A stretch of DNA of 64,000 bases from Lytechinus pictus (lineage: Eukaryota). The stretch is taken from NCBI RefSeq assembly GCF_037042905.1, contig NC_087263.1:13766001-13830000 (forward strand), written 5' to 3'. The notes beneath the pieces are model-generated. The model was not told the DNA's origin. It worked only from the letters and a program-made list of their open reading frames with translations, and did not search any database. Below, one piece after another: positions 61,101-64,000 of the stretch (within the stretch, counting starts at the first letter, position 1; each line of letters starts with the position of its first letter). The translations under genes and the position numbers were made by a program.

Positions 61101-62004
61101 TCAACATCACAGCATAATTTTAGCTGTAAATTGAAAATGAGACAGTTTCTCATGATTTTGTAGGATTTAAAATCAGCCGATAGTTTGACTAGTCTAGACT
61201 CAAAGAACCTTTACTGACTAAATAAACCAATGTCTATGGACAATTACAGGCACTAGATCCTGCTCGAAATTTGACAGAATAAAGCCATATTTTGGCATGT
61301 ATTTCCACTCCCCCATCATATAAATTCTATATTAGGGCTAGATATATTATTCTGAACCTTCTCCATGTATTTATATTCAATTTTAGTGGGGGGTGCATAT
61401 GGAACTATTACCAAAATGGGATATGGGAGGGTATTCCGATATTCCTAAGCTAAGCTAAGCCTAAGTTAGCGGAATTTTATAGGTAGATCTATCATGTCTA
61501 TTTCTTAACTGGTCAGATATATATTTACTCGAAGATTTCTTAAACTTAAGTCAATAAGTGTCAAGACTCAAGACAACCAAATAAAATATTTCAATGAAAT
61601 GAAATGTGCACTGGCAATAATTTGACTAGACCAAAAGCTTCAGAAGTTCAGTCTCTGTCTGACTCTGTAATGTATTTTGGTTGTTCCGCTGAACTGTGCT
61701 GGTGTTGGCTCACTCACCAATACATATGAATGGGGATTACAGTAAAATGTCAGAAATTGTTGAATAAATCCCAGAAACGACGGTTATTCCTGTCTATAAT
61801 TTTTCTGATGAAGCTTGAACACCCGGGCCCGGCCCGGGGGCTTGAAGTTGAAGAAAAGTAAGACGCACTGTCTGGGTAATTAATTTAATTAGAAGAATCA
61901 TATTCATAATTGACCAACTCAAAACCTACCTTAGTTAAATGAGTGTGGATCACAAGATCCAGCGGAAATTTGTAGACATGATTTAGAACCACCTCGAACA
62001 CCAT
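55101..62004 (-). CDS. PRELID2: PRELI/Ups-family lipid-transfer domain protein, PRELID2-like; complement join(61930..62004,60946..61000,59019..59092,58343..58503,56311..56416,55101..55175), 181 aa
   Basis: GT-AG exons with consistent phases, 546 nt. The translation MVFEVVLNHVYKFPLDLVIHTHLTKYPNKKMDVLEV...WKRVMVCRNIMPSILKR...LGEECWFD...IKSRNITWYEYAQAWEESEV...WTVMSQRGGVDV...MEDLM matches the PRELI pattern and, from memory, PRELID2 best. Confidence 0.88.
55703..56303. repeat. Imperfect (TCAA)n microsatellite, about 600 bp, in PRELID2 intron 5
   Basis: Directly visible in the sequence. Confidence 0.95.
56311..56416 (-). CDS. PRELID2: PRELID2-like coding exon 5 (TVMSQRGGVDVRVFGALGNLVELFLQGAAKRNGIR)
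   Basis: Acceptor ttaacag, donor gtaagg. Confidence 0.87.
58343..58503 (-). CDS. PRELID2: PRELID2-like coding exon 4 (IPVFNKDAILLGEECWFD...SRHW)
   Basis: Acceptor tcacag, donor gtaaga; lies within track ORF 58339..58536. Confidence 0.88.
59019..59092 (-). CDS. PRELID2: PRELID2-like coding exon 3 (DRKDDVEYWKRVMVCRNIMPSILKR)
   Basis: Acceptor ttccag, donor gtgagc. Confidence 0.87.
59150..59537 (+). mobile_element. tRNA-derived SINE with Deu/Nin-like domain
   Basis: A box tggctcagtcgg, B box ggttcgagtcc; core ggacgttaaatggaggccccg...aagagtagggg..cccggtgt; (aat)n tail. Confidence 0.7.
60087..60360 (+). mobile_element. tRNA-derived SINE in PRELID2 intron 2
   Basis: tggtatagtggttaagact head; ccaggtgaggtgaatgggta core. 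Confidence 0.75.
60946..61000 (-). CDS. PRELID2: PRELID2-like coding exon 2 (YPNKKMDVLEVRLEEYRH)
   Basis: Acceptor atgtag, donor gtaagc; YPN motif. Confidence 0.85.
61930..62004 (-). CDS. PRELID2: PRELID2-like coding exon 1
   Basis: ATG at 62004; donor gtaggt; encodes HVYKFP...LTK. Confidence 0.88.
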
Positions 62005-64000
62005 TCTCTTTCCGATTCCAACAATCACAATATCGCCCAGCGGGAATCACAAGGTACCGTGGTATGCGATCACGCCGAAACCTCGGGATCGCGACAGGAC
62101 AAGATGGGTGCTGTTCCCTCGACTCTCCAAGACCAAGCGCAGGCCAGCTCGATCAACGGGCGGGAACGGAAATTAAAGGCGAAAGCAAGTCAATGAGGGC
62201 AAAGTCACTTCTTCAAAGAATATCTCTCATCACTCTTTCTTTACCTTTAAACAAGAACATGGCTGTTACTACCTGTTGATACTTGATTTCTTCAGTTAAA
62301 TCTCCTAAAGTCAATTAAAGTGCGGCGTCTGCTGCATGCTTGCGCTTTCATAACATGGTACATACCGATACCGTATTGTGTTATGGAACGCTTGCTGAGC
62401 TGTGTACCGGTACTTTTTTTTTTGGGGGGGGGGGGATATAACAGGGGAGGGGGTGCAGGGGGTGAAGCATCCCCAAGTTTTTCCCAGGGGGTGCTGAGTG
62501 TATTATTTTCCATAGGTAGCACCCCCTGCTATTCTGGTAGGTGTGTCAAACGGTGTCAAATTGGAGAAATGAAAAATGTTTGGAAAAATCACCAACCAAT
62601 TAAGATTTAGTGTTGAAACCTTTTTTTCGGGGGGGGGGGGGCTTGTCAAATTTCTTTGGACCAAAATGACCTTCATTTTCTGGTGAAAATTTTCCGTTAA
62701 AATTTACTTCAGCACCCCTAGCAAAAAAAATAATTCCCATGAGGGCCCTGGAGTGTCCTCCAAGCCCCCCCCCCCCCCCCCCCTTACGTCCAAGGTCTAT
62801 ATAGGGAAGTGCACCCTGACGAAAAGTTGGTTTTAACAATAGCAGAATAATCAGAAAAAAATATCAATGAAACTTTGATGAAAGTTGATCATGACTTAGG
62901 GGATCAATTGCAAAATATTATGTTGCAATTTTACAATTGATTGATACATTTTAATTGTAGCAAATCAGATTACACTACTTGTCTGAATAAGTAGATTAGA
63001 AGTCAATCGCAAATTTGCAATTAATTTCAAAACTTATATGAATGATTTATAGGGACCGTAATAGACTTGCAATATGGATCGCAAGTTTCTTGCAACGCCC
63101 CATAAAGTTTGTAATTTGTGACGTCGCAACTCCCACAAATTATATCATGTACGGTAATATGAATTCCATAAATTCATTTTTTTTTTCAATGGAACATGAT
63201 GAATGAAAATTAGAGGGTATGATGTTTTTGGTGATATGTCTCCACTTTCAATTCTTTGGGAAAATGACATTTTGTTTAATTCTTACATTATCCTCGTCTT
63301 TGACGTCATACTTCTTTTTTTTTTTATCATAACACGTACGTACGTTATTCGTAGAGGGATTTTAATCATAGGCTCATTAATATCTTTCTCTTCCTTTTTT
63401 TTTTCTTTAAAGGTCAAGTCCACCTCAGAAAATTGTTGATTTGAATTGATTAAGAAAAATCAAGCAAGCTAAAAATTTCATCAAAATCAGATGTAAAATA
63501 AGAAAGTTATGACAGTTTTCAATGTCGCTTATTTTTCACAAAACAGTTATATGCACAACACAGCAATATACAAATGAGAGAGTCGATGATGTCCCTCACT
63601 CACTATTTCATTTGTTTTTATTGTTTGAAAATTAATATACAATATTTAAATTTTTACAGAATTGACAATAAGGACCAATATAACGTAATAAAATAATGGT
63701 GATTCCACACGTTGCAGGGAGGAATAAAATTTTGTTTCACATGAAAATGATGAGGGGAAATTATTATTTTTATTTTATATAATAAAATACAAAAGAAATA
63801 GACCTTGTGAATGGTTCAGGAGTTACCTCACTGATAGGACCCAATTTGTATCAGTAAATAATTGCGATTCGACTACTTTTCCAATTACTTGCGATGTCCC
63901 ACAGGGTAGCCTACTAGGCCCACTTCTTGTTATTACTTACATCAATGATATTAAAAATACATCAAATTTACTTTCATTTATACTTTTTGCTGACGACTCC

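Overview
AT-rich, intron- and repeat-rich animal genomic DNA. The repeat repertoire suggests a sea urchin or other echinoderm, but this is inference only. Two intact spliced genes face each other tail-to-tail: transaldolase (TALDO1, + strand, 9 coding exons, 23370-47144, 331 aa) and a PRELI-domain gene most like PRELID2 (- strand, 6 coding exons, 62004-55101, 181 aa). The first ~22.5 kb is a nest of DNA transposons. CCC...GGG-ended, repeat-armed (EnSpm/CACTA-like) elements sit inside one another. Within them are a 6.86-kb foldback element with ~0.8-kb TIRs and an 8-bp TSD, a CR1/L2-group LINE with an intact 1043-aa ORF2, LINE remnants and what looks like an interrupted spliced cargo transcript. 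The foldback arms carry inverted 19-bp motif pairs separated by 31 bp. Introns and intergenic DNA hold many MITEs, tRNA-derived SINEs, a Helentron-like element and simple repeats. The most notable items are the fixed-spacer modules, the nesting, a putative NLS/dual-ATG start in TALDO1 and duplicated decoy acceptors in two TALDO1 introns. Superfamily names come from termini and TSD rules, not database searches.
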